Origin: Octopus bimaculoides
Lineage: Eukaryota
NCBI RefSeq assembly: GCF_001194135.2
Contig: NC_068985.1
Coordinates: 82,416,924 to 82,480,923, forward strand
Length of the DNA: 64,000 bases
Direction of reading: 5' to 3'
Shown here: positions 26,801 through 39,095 of the stretch, piece by piece
Numbering within the stretch: the first letter of the stretch is position 1
Layout of the letters: every line of letters starts with the position of its first letter
Translations under genes and position numbers: made by a program
The notes under the pieces: generated by a model
The model's database searches: none
The model's input: the letters and a program-made list of their open reading frames with translations, nothing else
Told to the model about the DNA's origin: nothing

Positions 26801-28646
26801 ATACTGAGTCATCTGATTTCTCCCATTTCTGTAAAATAGAAATTTTTTCAAGGTCTTTACTTGTTTTTTAGTCTGAGTTTTTGAATTTGAAAATACTATA
26901 TGAAGAGACAAGCCAAAAATAAGGTAAACAAAATAACTGAAAAATCTTTTTGTTTTTCCTATTTGGCCAGTTACTCATATTTGTATTTTTTATACTTAAA
27001 TCTTGCATTACAGTGATACCTTGCAAAATGGCTGGCTTTGAAATAGAAATTCAAATTGCCTCAGTAGATATTATTGTTTTCAAAAGCTATAAAAATATAG
27101 AGATTTAAAAACCAACGTTTATATACAAACTAAATCTTAAAACAGTAATTAATATAAAATTATTTTGAAAAAAAAGTAAAATAATTTTACTAAAATTATT
27201 GTTTCAGTATGGAAAATTCCATATGTGAGCACTGTTTCTTTTATATGTATTTTATATCCTTAATAAAAGGTCTTATATTAAATATGTTTAAGTTCTTATA
27301 ATTACTATAAGGCATATATTCACACATGCAAGATTATGTATATCACTGACTCATAAAAGAAATTATTGCATGGACATACACAAATAAACACATTAATAAC
27401 AACACCTTCTGAAAATAGAATTCTCTATCTTGTATTATCATTTTGTATTAAACTTTAAGAAATAAGATGACTGCTATCAGAAATAATTTATTTAATTAGA
27501 AGACGATAATTAAATTCTTTATTTTCTGGTTGTTTGCAAGCAGTTTATAGTGTAGCATAGAGTTAGTATTAATTTTGACAAGTTACTGGAAAAAATAATT
27601 TTAGTAATTTCTCTTAGGGAATATACTTTTTCGATATTTTGTTTCATTCATATAAGATGCACTGAGGTATTTTAATTATAAATTGCATCTGATATTTTTT
27701 TCCTTAAATTAAAAATATTTATAGTTAAAGTTATTCTTAAAATGCTATTTCGAAAGTACTAAATATTTATTTACATATTGTTACTAGATAACCTCTCCTA
27801 GAGAAAGGATTTTCATTTAACTAGTCCATAGTATTTGTTATTTGAATGATAGTTATATATCTTTATTTCCTTTCTTTTTTAGAATTTATTCATTGTAATT
27901 TTTGGTTTTTATCAAGTGTAAATGATCTTGCATGATCCTTTCATTTTCTATTGATTTTATGTAAAGGCATATAATCTTATAGTTTAACTAATTTTAAGTC
28001 TTGAGACTACCTATGAAGCTCAAACTGCTAATTTTTATAAGGACTGATATAATTAAAACAGGCATTATTTTTTTAGTACATGTAATGAGGTTCTGCAGTT
28101 GCTTTCAATAAAATATTTTCTTAAAAAACCTGCTCCTCAAAAGATTCTAAAATTAGTATCATTGATTCTGCTTAGAAAATTTTCTTTGTTTGCTACTGCT
28201 TGTTAATGTACTAATGAAAATTTTGTTCTGTAAGAACTTGGCACTGGATCTCTGGAGCTCTGTAGGATATTCTAATTACTGATGTATTCTGTTGATTTGT
28301 TTTCTTCAGTTTCAGAGCACATATTTGAATTTTCCATTTTTCCAATCTATACAATTAGGAATCATTAATAAAACTGTTCATTTTAATTAGTCCATGTGCA
28401 GAAAGTTGAAGATTTTTCAGTAGTTAACATTCTACATCAATTAATTTTGCCATAATCTGTTTCATGAACTGCATAGCCTAGTCATCTACATACATATACT
28501 CTTAATGTTCATTGTTTGGTGCAGTTCTACTAATCAAACAACTTTGGAACTTGAGTATTTCTGAATTATCAGATATGCTTGTCTACCAGAATTTAGTGAT
28601 TTAAAAAGCATCAAAGTTGTTTTTTACCTGGTTGTAAAATAACTGT

Positions 28647-29515
28647 GTACAAGGAAGAAGACTGTGCTGGTTTGGACACATGATGTGTATGGATGAAAAT
28701 AACTATATAAAGAAGTGCCGATAACTAAATGTAGCCAGGACTTGCAGAAAAGGGAGATTCAGGAAGCCATTGGATGAAGTAGTTAAGGCTGACCTCAGGA
28801 GTCTGAACTTGATTAAAATGACGACAATGGACTAGGATCTCTGACGGTATTAAGTTCTGGTAATGATCCATCTCCATCAACAAAACTGAGTTCTGGAAGT
28901 GATATGTATTGTGCTCTCCACTCATGTGCATAAGACCTACTTCTCCCTGTCTCAACTCCTGACTCCAGCAAAATACCAACCATATCATCCCACTTTCTTG
29001 TCCTTTCCCTCTGACAACTGTATCATTTTCACTACTCTTGCTGCTTGCTGCCCCTACTCTCTTCCACCTCATGGCTCCTTGCTTATCCACCCTTCAATAC
29101 TACCCATTATAGCAGTTTGGCTGCTCCTACAGTTCATATTCTGGTAGTTTTGCAGCTCCTTCTGTTCATATTCTGTTTCTTCCCTTCTACTAGATGTCAG
29201 TAGTCATGCAGACTCTCAACAAGAACCTGCACTGCCTTCATTTATTATAGTTCACTCCTCTTGTCCATTAGCATGAAGCTGCCCTCTCCCACCGGACTTG
29301 TAGTTCTGAAAGCTGCATGGTGACCTCAATGGTGCAGGCAACATGAAAAAAAGCACTGAGTTCATGCTGTAAAGTGGCTACCATTAGGAAGAGCATCCAG
29401 CCATAACAACTGTGCCAAAACAGACATTGGAGTTTGATGCAGTCCTTGAACACATTGAATCCTGTCAGACCATCCAACCCATACCAACATGGAATGCAGA
29501 GGTTAAATGATAATG
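28647..29515 (+). mobile_element. 3' end of RTE-clade LINE with long 3' UTR ending in a (GAT)-like tail
   Basis: From 28647: VQGRRLCWFGHMMCMDENNYIKKCR*LNVARTCRKGRFRKPLDEVVKADLRSLNL...MD*DL*RY, typical of the RTE C-terminal RRLRWxGHVxRM...GRPRKTW..DRxxWR. The tail (ccatccaacccataccaacatgg...gttaaatgataatgat) is shared with copies at 35820 and 38690. Confidence 0.8.
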
Positions 29516-30539
29516 ATATTAGGAAATTTTTATTATTTTAGCATATTAGCATATATTAGGAAATGCTTTCAGAGAATTGATGTCGTTAATAGGTTTTTGT
29601 CTCAACCAACTAAGGTGAAAATAAATTACTGTTGTTGTTTAGCCCCAGGTCATCCTGATATGGCAATTTGTGATCAAGGGTGTCAGCCAAGACCATCTTG
29701 TCTTTATACGGGCATTGTTTAACTATATCATTCTTTTTACATCTAATAATCCAAGTTTTCTTCAATTACCATACAAAACAGATAACCTTAAATTGATATT
29801 TAAAATGTATTTAAAATAGTCTCATGTAAAACCAAATTTTAATGGCTTTGAAATTAATGTTCTTAAATATTAATTTATTATTCCTCCCTTTCAAGTTTAA
29901 GATAAATAAATCACCTCTGCAATTTCATTCATAGCTGAAACTTGTAAAAATCTTTCTTTTTTTCAAGTTGTCTTAGAGTTTTCTGTGAGGACATTACCTT
30001 CTTAAAATAGTATCCCTATTTCTCTTCAATAAAAGATTTAACTATTAAATAAGATAAATCATTTGCTTAACAATAAATTCTGACATATTTTCTTATTTTT
30101 AATTTGGCCTAATTTTTACTTTGGGTAAACACAAGAATCAGCAAAGAAATCCTGTACAATTCAAAATATTTTAAAAATTGATAAACAAGCTGAAATGAGA
30201 TAAATTGCAATGGTTGTAAACATTATTTAAATGAATTAATTTTTTTTCATGATTCTTTAAAACTAACCTTCTTTTGGAGTTACTTATGTATTAACAGTAA
30301 AATATTTTAGTTTACTACTTTTTATTATTATAACGAGAAGCAAAAATGTTGGAACATATCAGTGCTACCCCTTTCTGAGTTTGTTTTACTTTGCCATAAC
30401 TAGTGGCATTGATGAAAGAAATAGTGAAGGTAGCATTTCCCACAATTCAGATACAAATGAAATCGTAGCTAAAATTTGGTTCAATGTTTACTTTCCCTAC
30501 ACTTTTTCATACTGATAAGAAAGGAATATACTTTTACTT

Positions 30540-32440
30540 GGTGAGTTTTGAGGCAGAGACAGTGCCCATGACCCCTGCAGACACTCTGAGTCCAGTGAGG
30601 TTGATTCTATTAATGTTCCATTTAAACTGTTGCAGTCTAGCATTTACAGGAATGATATCAGTTGTGAGAAGATTCCAGAGATTTGGTGTTCTGGGGAGAA
30701 AGGACTGAGAATAGTGGTTAGTATGGAGTCAGGAGCTGAGTAGGTTGAACATAAGAAGGGTGACAAGAAGTGGAAAGATGTGTGGGTTGGGGATGCTTGA
30801 GCAGTAGAGGTATGAGATAAGTTGACTTTGAAGAACTGACATCATTATCTAATAATAGCAAAATGAAGTGGAGACAGCAACCTCTGTGTCAAAGGCTGGT
30901 ATGTGTCCAGTAATTGAATGCCAGTTAGTCTAGTGGCTTTCCCTGGATGTAATCCTGAATGTCTGTGCACATTTCCAGATGTGGGCTTCAATTGAATTTT
31001 TATTTTATTGAATTGAGAGGGAGTGAAATACCTTCTGGTCCTAAAGAGAAGGGCTAGCTTTGGGATGCACTCCTAGCTTTGCTAAGGATATTCTTTTCCC
31101 CTGTAGAGATCTTCAGTGATATGAGACCCAGCATTTAAGGTGATTTTAAGGGTTCAGATTAGATGTGGTGTGGTAACTAGTATGAGTGGTGCCTAGGATT
31201 TTTGCCGTTAAAAGATAAAAGCTTGGCATAGTATCACTGGAAGATGCTTTTAAACTTTTTGTTTATAGAAACAAAGTTTGCATTTTGTGTGTGGTTAATG
31301 AATGACAAATGAAAGTCTGTGAGGAATAAAGGGTTCTGCCATCTGCATAAGGGTTGGTGTTGTTGGATATGGTAGCAAGTAGGTTATTGATGTAGAGAAG
31401 GAAAGGAGTACGAGACAAAACCAAACTGAGGAACACGAGTTAATTGAGAGCATGACAAGAGAGAGCCCCATTAACACATGCCACAATGGTATAATTGTGG
31501 CATCTGATAATACAAGAATTGAGAGATGGATGTATACCAGAGATGAGAAGTTTTGATAGGACATTTGCATGCTAGACATGGTCAGATGCTTTGCTGATGT
31601 TTAGAGTAACAACATTGTTTTTACTGAGCCTCTCTAAAGCAAGAGCTGTCCAATGCTGCATGACATTAGAGAGTAGGTCTAGGAGTTTGACTCTGCAGAA
31701 GCCATACTGGTGATCACTGAGGGGAGAGATGGTCTTTGAGGTGTTAGCGAATGTCTTTGGTAATGATTGTTTCTTATTATTCTGGAGATGTTAGAAGTGA
31801 GGGCAATAGAACAAAAGTTGCCTTTGTCAGAGAGGTTACCATTCTTTGGGCATATCCTCATTGAAAGTGAGAAATTAAAGAATATGTGGGGTATAGAAAC
31901 CAATTCTTGAATCTGTTATTTAAATGTTATGGAAGGACATTGTTAAGGATGATGGCCTTGTTTGTTTGAAGAAGCTTGAGCTATTTCTGCACTTGGCATG
32001 TGTGTATGCGAGGAAGGGAGCCTACTGGAGTGGAAGGATAGGTTTGGAAGGGATTGGTCAAGGGTTTGTAGTCTGGAATAGGATGCAGATTGGGCAGGAA
32101 AGTAGGAGGCTGTCTTCATGGAATACTGCTTTTGGAACCATTGTTGTTTAGAAGAGGAGAAATCCACAAAGTAGCTGGAGATACTTTGGCTAGAGACCAG
32201 AAGAATCAACTGCAATTTGGAAGGTAGGAGCTGTATGATGCATGCAGCTGTGTGATGCATCCTTTGCACAATGAATACTGGTCTTAAAAGAGTTGTGCTG
32301 CTGTCTGAACCCTGCCCACTTTTGGGGAGTAGGTGGGAATCAGCAGGTGTCAGAGGCCAATCATCAACCTTCAAGTTACTGAAAATTGAATGTAATAGAT
32401 GGGAATTGGAAAAAAAAGTGTCTTCTACTGGATAGCTTAA
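30540..32440 (-). mobile_element. 5'-truncated decayed CR1-group LINE (RT domain plus 3' end)
   Basis: The minus strand gives ICPKNGNLSDKGNFCSIALTSNIS (PIPKxGxxSDxxNYRPIAL), LLYINNLLATISNNTNPYADGRTL (YADD motif at about 31330-31400) and NHYSQSFLPRTPNLWNLLTTDIIP...QQFKWNINRINL (3' conserved block). Many stops. Confidence 0.85.
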
Positions 32441-34883
32441 TATCAACACACACAATTTTTATTTGCTATTCATGAAATATGATTAATTCTGAAATCACTA
32501 AGAACTGAATAAATACACATTTTGACCAAGTTAATAGCTCTTATTTTTTCAGTAGATGTCATACATAATAGACAGATTAAGGATCTTCCATCCCCAACAA
32601 ATGGACATTTCTTTTTACCTTTTTAACTTGCCTACTGTAATACTATAATGATGGTGATGTAAAAAATATTCTGAAATATTTCCAGAAGGAAATCAATATG
32701 AATGTTTTCAAATTATAATGATTAAGAATAATTATGTGTGACAAAGTGATCTTAGAATGAAAGAAATACATTTACTTAGTAAACCTATATTTAAATTAAC
32801 TAAAGAGTTTGGTATTATTTTTATGAATGACATTAGCTATAATATTTGAAAAAAATAAAGACAGACAAAAACAGTAAATAAATAAAAGCCATCTTGTATA
32901 ATTTGTTTCTACTTTTGTTTAAATAATCTATTATTTTATGACTTCTCAATACAATTGTCTGAATGCATTTATGTATAAATATATTTATATAAACTAACTT
33001 TATTGGAAATTAAAATTTATTCAATAAAAATGGAGAAAATATAGATTTTTCAAAATTATACATTTGAGGGCTTTTTCTGTTATCAGTGTCCTTTATCAAT
33101 GTTAAATGCTTCTAAAATGAAGAAAATCCATAATAGCTAATGTTGGACAGTTTAGTTCCATCAATATTTTACAGTTATAATTATATTAGTTCTGTATAAC
33201 ATTACTCATTTAGACCAATGTGTTGTATGTTTGCTTGCATGTATGTGTTAGTTTGTTTCTATGTATGAAATACAGAAATGTTTAATTGTTTAGTTGGATT
33301 AAACTGTTGTGAACCCTGGCCACATAAGATAATTGAACACCAGCTTGCATGACACATCTGCTGCAGGTATTTCATTATGTTTCTGGATAAATTACTAACT
33401 CTGTGCCTCAGTTCATCTATTTTCTTGCAGGTAATTTTTATAGCCTGTGTCTTCTGATAAAAAAAAAAGACCGCATTATTATATATTGAAGATCTTTCAT
33501 CATTGGAAAAGGTAGAGTAGTAAATTTGCAGAGACTAAAAAGTTGGGGGAGCCAAACTATAGTCCTCAGGACACATGCAACTTACAGGGAATGGAGTCTA
33601 TGTAGAGTGCAAATACATTTTTTTAAAACTGAAAAATACGTAATTTTACCTTTTGTCTTTCAGTTGTTTTAGTCATTGGATTGCAGCCATGATGGGGTTA
33701 GTCAAACAAATCAATCCCAGTACTATTAGGTCCTCCTTAATGACAAATGTAAATTGGTGTAGATAAGAAATCAAGGTCAGTCACCAACCTGTAGGCAACA
33801 GATGCACTTGACTAGGGACTCAGAGGTGATATTTATGGCTGAAGAAGCTAATCTCTGAATGGCAACCTATAGTACACTTGCTGCACAGGAAAACTGATAA
33901 CTGCAGCAGGGAAATTATTGTAACAGATTTCTTTTTCATTTTACTGTTTAGGAAAAAAAAAAAAAGGTTCATTTTACCCTCTGCTGTAGTGAAAATTGAA
34001 TATAAATCTCTTTGCCCTATCAAGCAATGCAATCGGCACCTGTCACTTTCTGTATGTCCACACTCATGTCAGTCACATTAGAAAATCTTCCTATGTCATA
34101 GCTTTAGGCCAAACTCCTGTGGCTATGCTACATACGTTGTGCATGTCTGACCCAGCACAAGCTTTGCTGCATGAGTAGAACATACATGCTCAGCATGGTT
34201 GGTTCAGTTCATCCTTATTTGGCACATCCTTCTGTTAGGAGAAACTTAAGCACTGTAGATAGTAGTTGTTAAGATTATGCTCATGGTTCATATTTGTTGT
34301 CCAACTCTTACTGCTGTAGAGAACAATACTCAATATGCAAACTCTGTGCAGGGAATTTGGTGATGGCAGTGACTTTTATTTTACCACACTATATTAGAAA
34401 ACTTTGTGTGGATATGTGTATTCAGGAATGCATGTATGTATGCAAGAGTTTGTGTGAAGGTATGTGTATTCATGACGGAAGGTATGTGTCTTTAAGGGTG
34501 AATGTATTTGAGTAAAAGTGTGTATATTTATACATATGCATGTACATGTGTATATGACTTTGCATGTATGTGTAAAAGATTGGAACATTTACATAACACT
34601 GACATAACTGCAAGAAGCAAACATTATTAATGTGTCTAGAAGAGCAATGTTGAATAACATTGGAGCCACAGCCGAGAATACAGGTGGAACGTTTGAAGAA
34701 TATTGTAATATATATATGGAAAGAGAATATTCATACATCTATTTCACTAACATACTAGACAATCTGGGTAGGTTAACTAATATCTATCCATGCATGCATG
34801 CATGTAACACAATTCTAGGAATGATGAATTATGTACATATGTACAGCTGTTTATATATTTATGCTGGTGGGACAGACATTTCA

Positions 34884-34921
34884 TATATATATATATGTGT
34901 ATGTATATATATATGTGTATG

Positions 34922-34999
<78 letters not shown>

Positions 35000-35030
35000 T
35001 AGATAGATAAATACATAGATAGATAGATAT
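34884..35030. repeat. Compound microsatellite (TA)n/(TATG)/(TAGA)n
   Basis: Uninterrupted TA run at about 34926-34996 followed by TAGA units. Confidence 0.97.
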
Positions 35031-35128
35031 ATGAGAAAAAAAAAGTTCAAGTAGAGCAATTCAGAATTTTTGAGGAGACCAAAAACAGAAAAGATAATTT
35101 TTATATATATAGATATATATAATAATAA

Positions 35129-35731
35129 TAATTAAGGGTATCTGAAAAATACCATCATGCTAGAGGTAGCAGTCAAAACCTGACTCTAAAATCACAACAG
35201 ATATTCATACAGCACCAGGAGGGAAGACAAAGAGACAAAATAAGCTAGCAAAAAATTATTGGATAATTACAGATCCCGGATTTCTGGCTTTGCATAAGAA
35301 ATGCATTGCCTCATCAGTGGAATATACACAAAATAGTACATAAATACAAATATATATATATATATATATACACAACATACGAATACTTACAAATATGCAT
35401 GTATACACACATATATATATGCACGTATGCACATGACCATTTAAAATTACCTGTCTAAACTCAACGTGCTATATGGTCAAAATACCACTGCAGTGAATAT
35501 AATAAAGTAAATAAATAAATTTATATAAATAAGGATAAGATCGTTATTTAAAATACCGATCATATTAAGTCGCTAGCATGGGAATAAAACCTCATAGGTA
35601 AAAATTATAATTAAAACTATAATTAAGGGTATATAAAAGATACCATCATGTTAGAGATAGCATTCAAAACTTGACTCTAAAACCACATCAAAAATTCATA
35701 CAGCACAAGGAGAGAAGACAAAGAGACAAAA
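35129..35731 (-). mobile_element. Non-autonomous Penelope/retrozyme-like unit bounded by 112-bp direct repeats
   Basis: 35129-35240 and 35620-35731 are direct copies (taattaagggta...accatcatg...gactctaaaa...ttcatacagcac...gaagacaaagagacaaaa), period 491 nt. A minus-strand hammerhead-like motif lies between them at 35266-35323. Confidence 0.65.
35266..35323 (-). ncRNA. Type I hammerhead ribozyme-like motif (decayed)
   Basis: Reverse complement reads ATTCCA-CTGATGA-GGC-aa-TGCAT-ttctt-ATGCA-aa-GCC-a-GAAA-TCC-g-GGA-TC-TGTAAT. Core, stem II, short near-palindromic stem III, AUC triplet and 5 of 6 stem I pairs are present. There is one extra A before GAAA. Confidence 0.6.
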
Positions 35732-35819
35732 TATATATATGTGTGTATGTGCAAATATATATATGTATATATGTATGTGTAAATATGTATATTTATATAT
35801 ATATATATATATAATGTTA

Positions 35820-35922
35820 GATTGGAGCCTGGTGTAGCCATCCGGTTGCACCAGTCCTCAGTCAAATCGTCCAACCCATGCTAGCATGGAAAGCGGACGT
35901 TAAACGATGATGATGATGATGA

Positions 35923-35924
<2 letters not shown>
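35820..35924 (+). mobile_element. RTE-tail SINE/LINE 3' end with (GAT)n tail
   Basis: tcgtccaacccatgctagcatggaaagcggacgttaaacgatgatgatgatg, homologous to 29470-29515 and to the reverse complement of 38690-38745. Confidence 0.78.
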
Positions 35925-35961
<37 letters not shown>

Positions 35962-36069
35962 TTATATATATTTTTTATTTATTTATTTATTTATGTGTTT
36001 CAGCCAAGTGGCTGCGGTCATGCTGGTGCACCACCGTGGATTATATATATATAATGTTTATATATATAT

Positions 36070-37048
36070 NNNNNNNNNNNNNNNNNNNNNNNNNNNNNNN
36101 NNNNNNNNNNNNNNNNNNNNNNNNNNNNNNNNNNNNNNNNNNNNNNNNNNNNNNNNNNNNNNNNNNNNNNNNNNNNNNNNNNNNNNNNNNNNNNNNNNNN
36201 NNNNNNNNNNNNNNNNNNNNNNNNNNNNNNNNNNNNNNNNNNNNNNNNNNNNNNNNNNNNNNNNNNNNNNNNNNNNNNNNNNNNNNNNNNNNNNNNNNNN
36301 NNNNNNNNNNNNNNNNNNNNNNNNNNNNNNNNNNNNNNNNNNNNNNNNNNNNNNNNNNNNNNNNNNNNNNNNNNNNNNNNNNNNNNNNNNNNNNNNNNNN
36401 NNNNNNNNNNNNNNNNNNNNNNNNNNNNNNNNNNNNNNNNNNNNNNNNNNNNNNNNNNNNNNNNNNNNNNNNNNNNNNNNNNNNNNNNNNNNNNNNNNNN
36501 NNNNNNNNNNNNNNNNNNNNNNNNNNNNNNNNNNNNNNNNNNNNNNNNNNNNNNNNNNNNNNNNNNNNNNNNNNNNNNNNNNNNNNNNNNNNNNNNNNNN
36601 NNNNNNNNNNNNNNNNNNNNNNNNNNNNNNNNNNNNNNNNNNNNNNNNNNNNNNNNNNNNNNNNNNNNNNNNNNNNNNNNNNNNNNNNNNNNNNNNNNNN
36701 NNNNNNNNNNNNNNNNNNNNNNNNNNNNNNNNNNNNNNNNNNNNNNNNNNNNNNNNNNNNNNNNNNNNNNNNNNNNNNNNNNNNNNNNNNNNNNNNNNNN
36801 NNNNNNNNNNNNNNNNNNNNNNNNNNNNNNNNNNNNNNNNNNNNNNNNNNNNNNNNNNNNNNNNNNNNNNNNNNNNNNNNNNNNNNNNNNNNNNNNNNNN
36901 NNNNNNNNNNNNNNNNNNNNNNNNNNNNNNNNNNNNNNNNNNNNNNNNNNNNNNNNNNNNNNNNNNNNNNNNNNNNNNNNNNNNNNNNNNNNNNNNNNNN
37001 NNNNNNNNNNNNNNNNNNNNNNNNNNNNNNNNNNNNNNNNNNNNNNNN
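36070..37048. other. Assembly gap (979 N)
   Basis: Run of N flanked by (TA)n on both sides. Confidence 1.
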
Positions 37049-37360
37049 TATATATATGTTTATGAATATATATGTTTATGAATATATATATGTATATATA
37101 TATGTTTATGAATATATATATGTATATATATATGTTTATGAATATATATATGTATATATATATGTTTATGAATATATATATGTGTATATATGTTTATGAA
37201 TATATATATGTGTATATATGTTTATGAATATATGTGTATATATGTTTATGAATATATGTGTATATATGTTTATGAATATACATATGTGTATATATGTTTA
37301 TGAATATACATATGTGTATATATGTTTATGTATATATATGTATGTATGTATATGTGTATG
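37049..37360. repeat. TA-derived minisatellite (30-nt unit degrading to 28- and 24-nt units) at the gap edge
   Basis: AATATATATATGTATATATATATGTTTATG is repeated exactly three times (37081-37170), followed by shorter variants. Confidence 0.95.
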
Positions 37361-38689
37361 TGTGTGTATATTACCAAAATGCCACAAAAGAGTGTGTGTT
37401 TGAGAAATTCTGATGTGGATTTTGGAATTTACCTCTAAAGTGGAATTTTTACAATGTTTATGAATCAAAAAATATAATTTGCGACAAGAAGTAACCGAAC
37501 TTCCAGATTGCAAACATTGAATGTCTTTAGAATCCACCATCTTAAACTCAATGATTACCTGATTATGTTTACATGTGTATGTGTGTGTGAGTTGTGCTGC
37601 ATCTTGTAACTGTCTATTTACCTATCTCTGTCTGTCTTACTTCGTCTTTCACACATTCCACCTCTATATATATACCAAACTCTCTCTCATCTTCTCTCTG
37701 TATGTATATCTCTCAGGCATGCTGTTCCCCACTCTCTCTCTTGATATAACATGTAATGCAGATTAATCACAGAAAACAACTTCGTCTATGTACCCCTTTC
37801 TATCAGTCTATCTCTTTGTTTTATGCTTTTCTCATTGTATACTTCCCCACTCTATAAATTTTTGCTACACACTCTCTCTCTCTCTCTCTCTTATTCACTC
37901 TTTCTCTATGTATGTAGAAATTGATATCTATGTTTGTGTTCAATCGTATGGACCCCAGTAATTAATTTAAGTTTGCCACATATTTTATCAGAATATTTGT
38001 TGAATCACTAAGTTAGAGGATATAAAATGACACCACATAAACAACACTGGTTGTGAAACAGTCTCAGATGCACACACTTGGGCATACACACACACACACA
38101 CATGTATACACGTGTGTGTGTATGTGTGTGTTTTTCACAAAAAACGTCCCCCAAGAACTTTATTTATTTAGTAGTTTATTCTAAGTGAAGTATATTATTT
38201 TGTGTTACTAGTTCACTATAATGTTAATTCCTTGAGTCTTTGCCTCTGACAAGGTTAGAGATTTTGGGTAGCATGTGTGCAAGTGTATGTGTGTGTGTGT
38301 GTGTGCGTGTGTGTGCGTGCGTGTGTATTAGGTTACATTAAGTGCTACTGCTAAAATATAGTCCGCTACAACCTGTTACTTGGGATGTTATGAATGACAT
38401 GTTAGGCTGATGAGGTGGATTGTTAGAAACCTAGCAGGACAAAAACAAAATTTGTCAAAATAAGGGATGGCCTCAGTACAGGTTCAACATCTAACAGTGG
38501 TATGTGAGACATAAAAGTACTCACCATAGTGAATAAGTGCACTGTAGTACCACTTTTGGAGTGATGGTCTCGTAGTTATTTTCAGAATGGTTCCTCAGTC
38601 ATGTTAGGAATGGGAGTGACCTATTTGCACTACTCTGCTGCTTTGTGAATGAGAGTAGCAGAACAGGAGCTAGTGCAGTACATCATCAA

Positions 38690-39095
38690 CATTGTTTAAC
38701 ATCTGCTTTTCATGCTGGCATGTGTTGGATGGTTTGATGTGGAGCTGGCTAGCAGGGAGCCGTCCAGATTATAGCCATCTGTTGAGGTATGGTTTCTATG
38801 GCTGGATGCCCTTCCTAATCCCAACCACTTAAAAGTGTGCTGGGTGGGTGCTTTTTGCATGACACCAGAATGAGTGCATTTTCGCAGTACTGGAACGGGT
38901 GCTTTAACACAGCACCAGCTTGGGTGCTTTTCTTAGTGGCAGTGACACCTGTAAGGACAAGCCGGTATATGTGGAAGATAGCAATTTTATTTAGCTTGAC
39001 ATGTCTTTTCAAGTACAGCAAATTGCCACATCCCATGGTCTATTGTCATTTCCTCAGTGAGGCTCAGCATCCAAAGATCCTCCAGTTGTCTTCAG
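38690..39095 (-). mobile_element. RTE-tail SINE/3' UTR copy in reverse orientation
   Basis: cattgtttaacatctgcttttcatgctggcatgtgttggatgg is the reverse complement of the 35870-35915 tail. It also carries ggctggatgcccttcctaa, the reverse complement of a block in 29380-29405. Confidence 0.75.

Noticed and set aside
34632-35059. Overlapping 66-124 aa ORFs rich in IY/YI
   Set aside because: Translations of the (TA)n microsatellite.
35907-37199. Longest ORFs in the track (430 and 362 aa), plus 58607-59155 and 58631-59158
   Set aside because: Artefacts of N runs and (TA)n repeats.
38401-38440. CTGATGA...GAAAC hammerhead-like string (gttaggCTGATGAggtggattgttaGAAACctagcaggac)
   Set aside because: Stem II does not pair, the triplet would be GAC, and there is no stem I partner. 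At best a badly decayed remnant.
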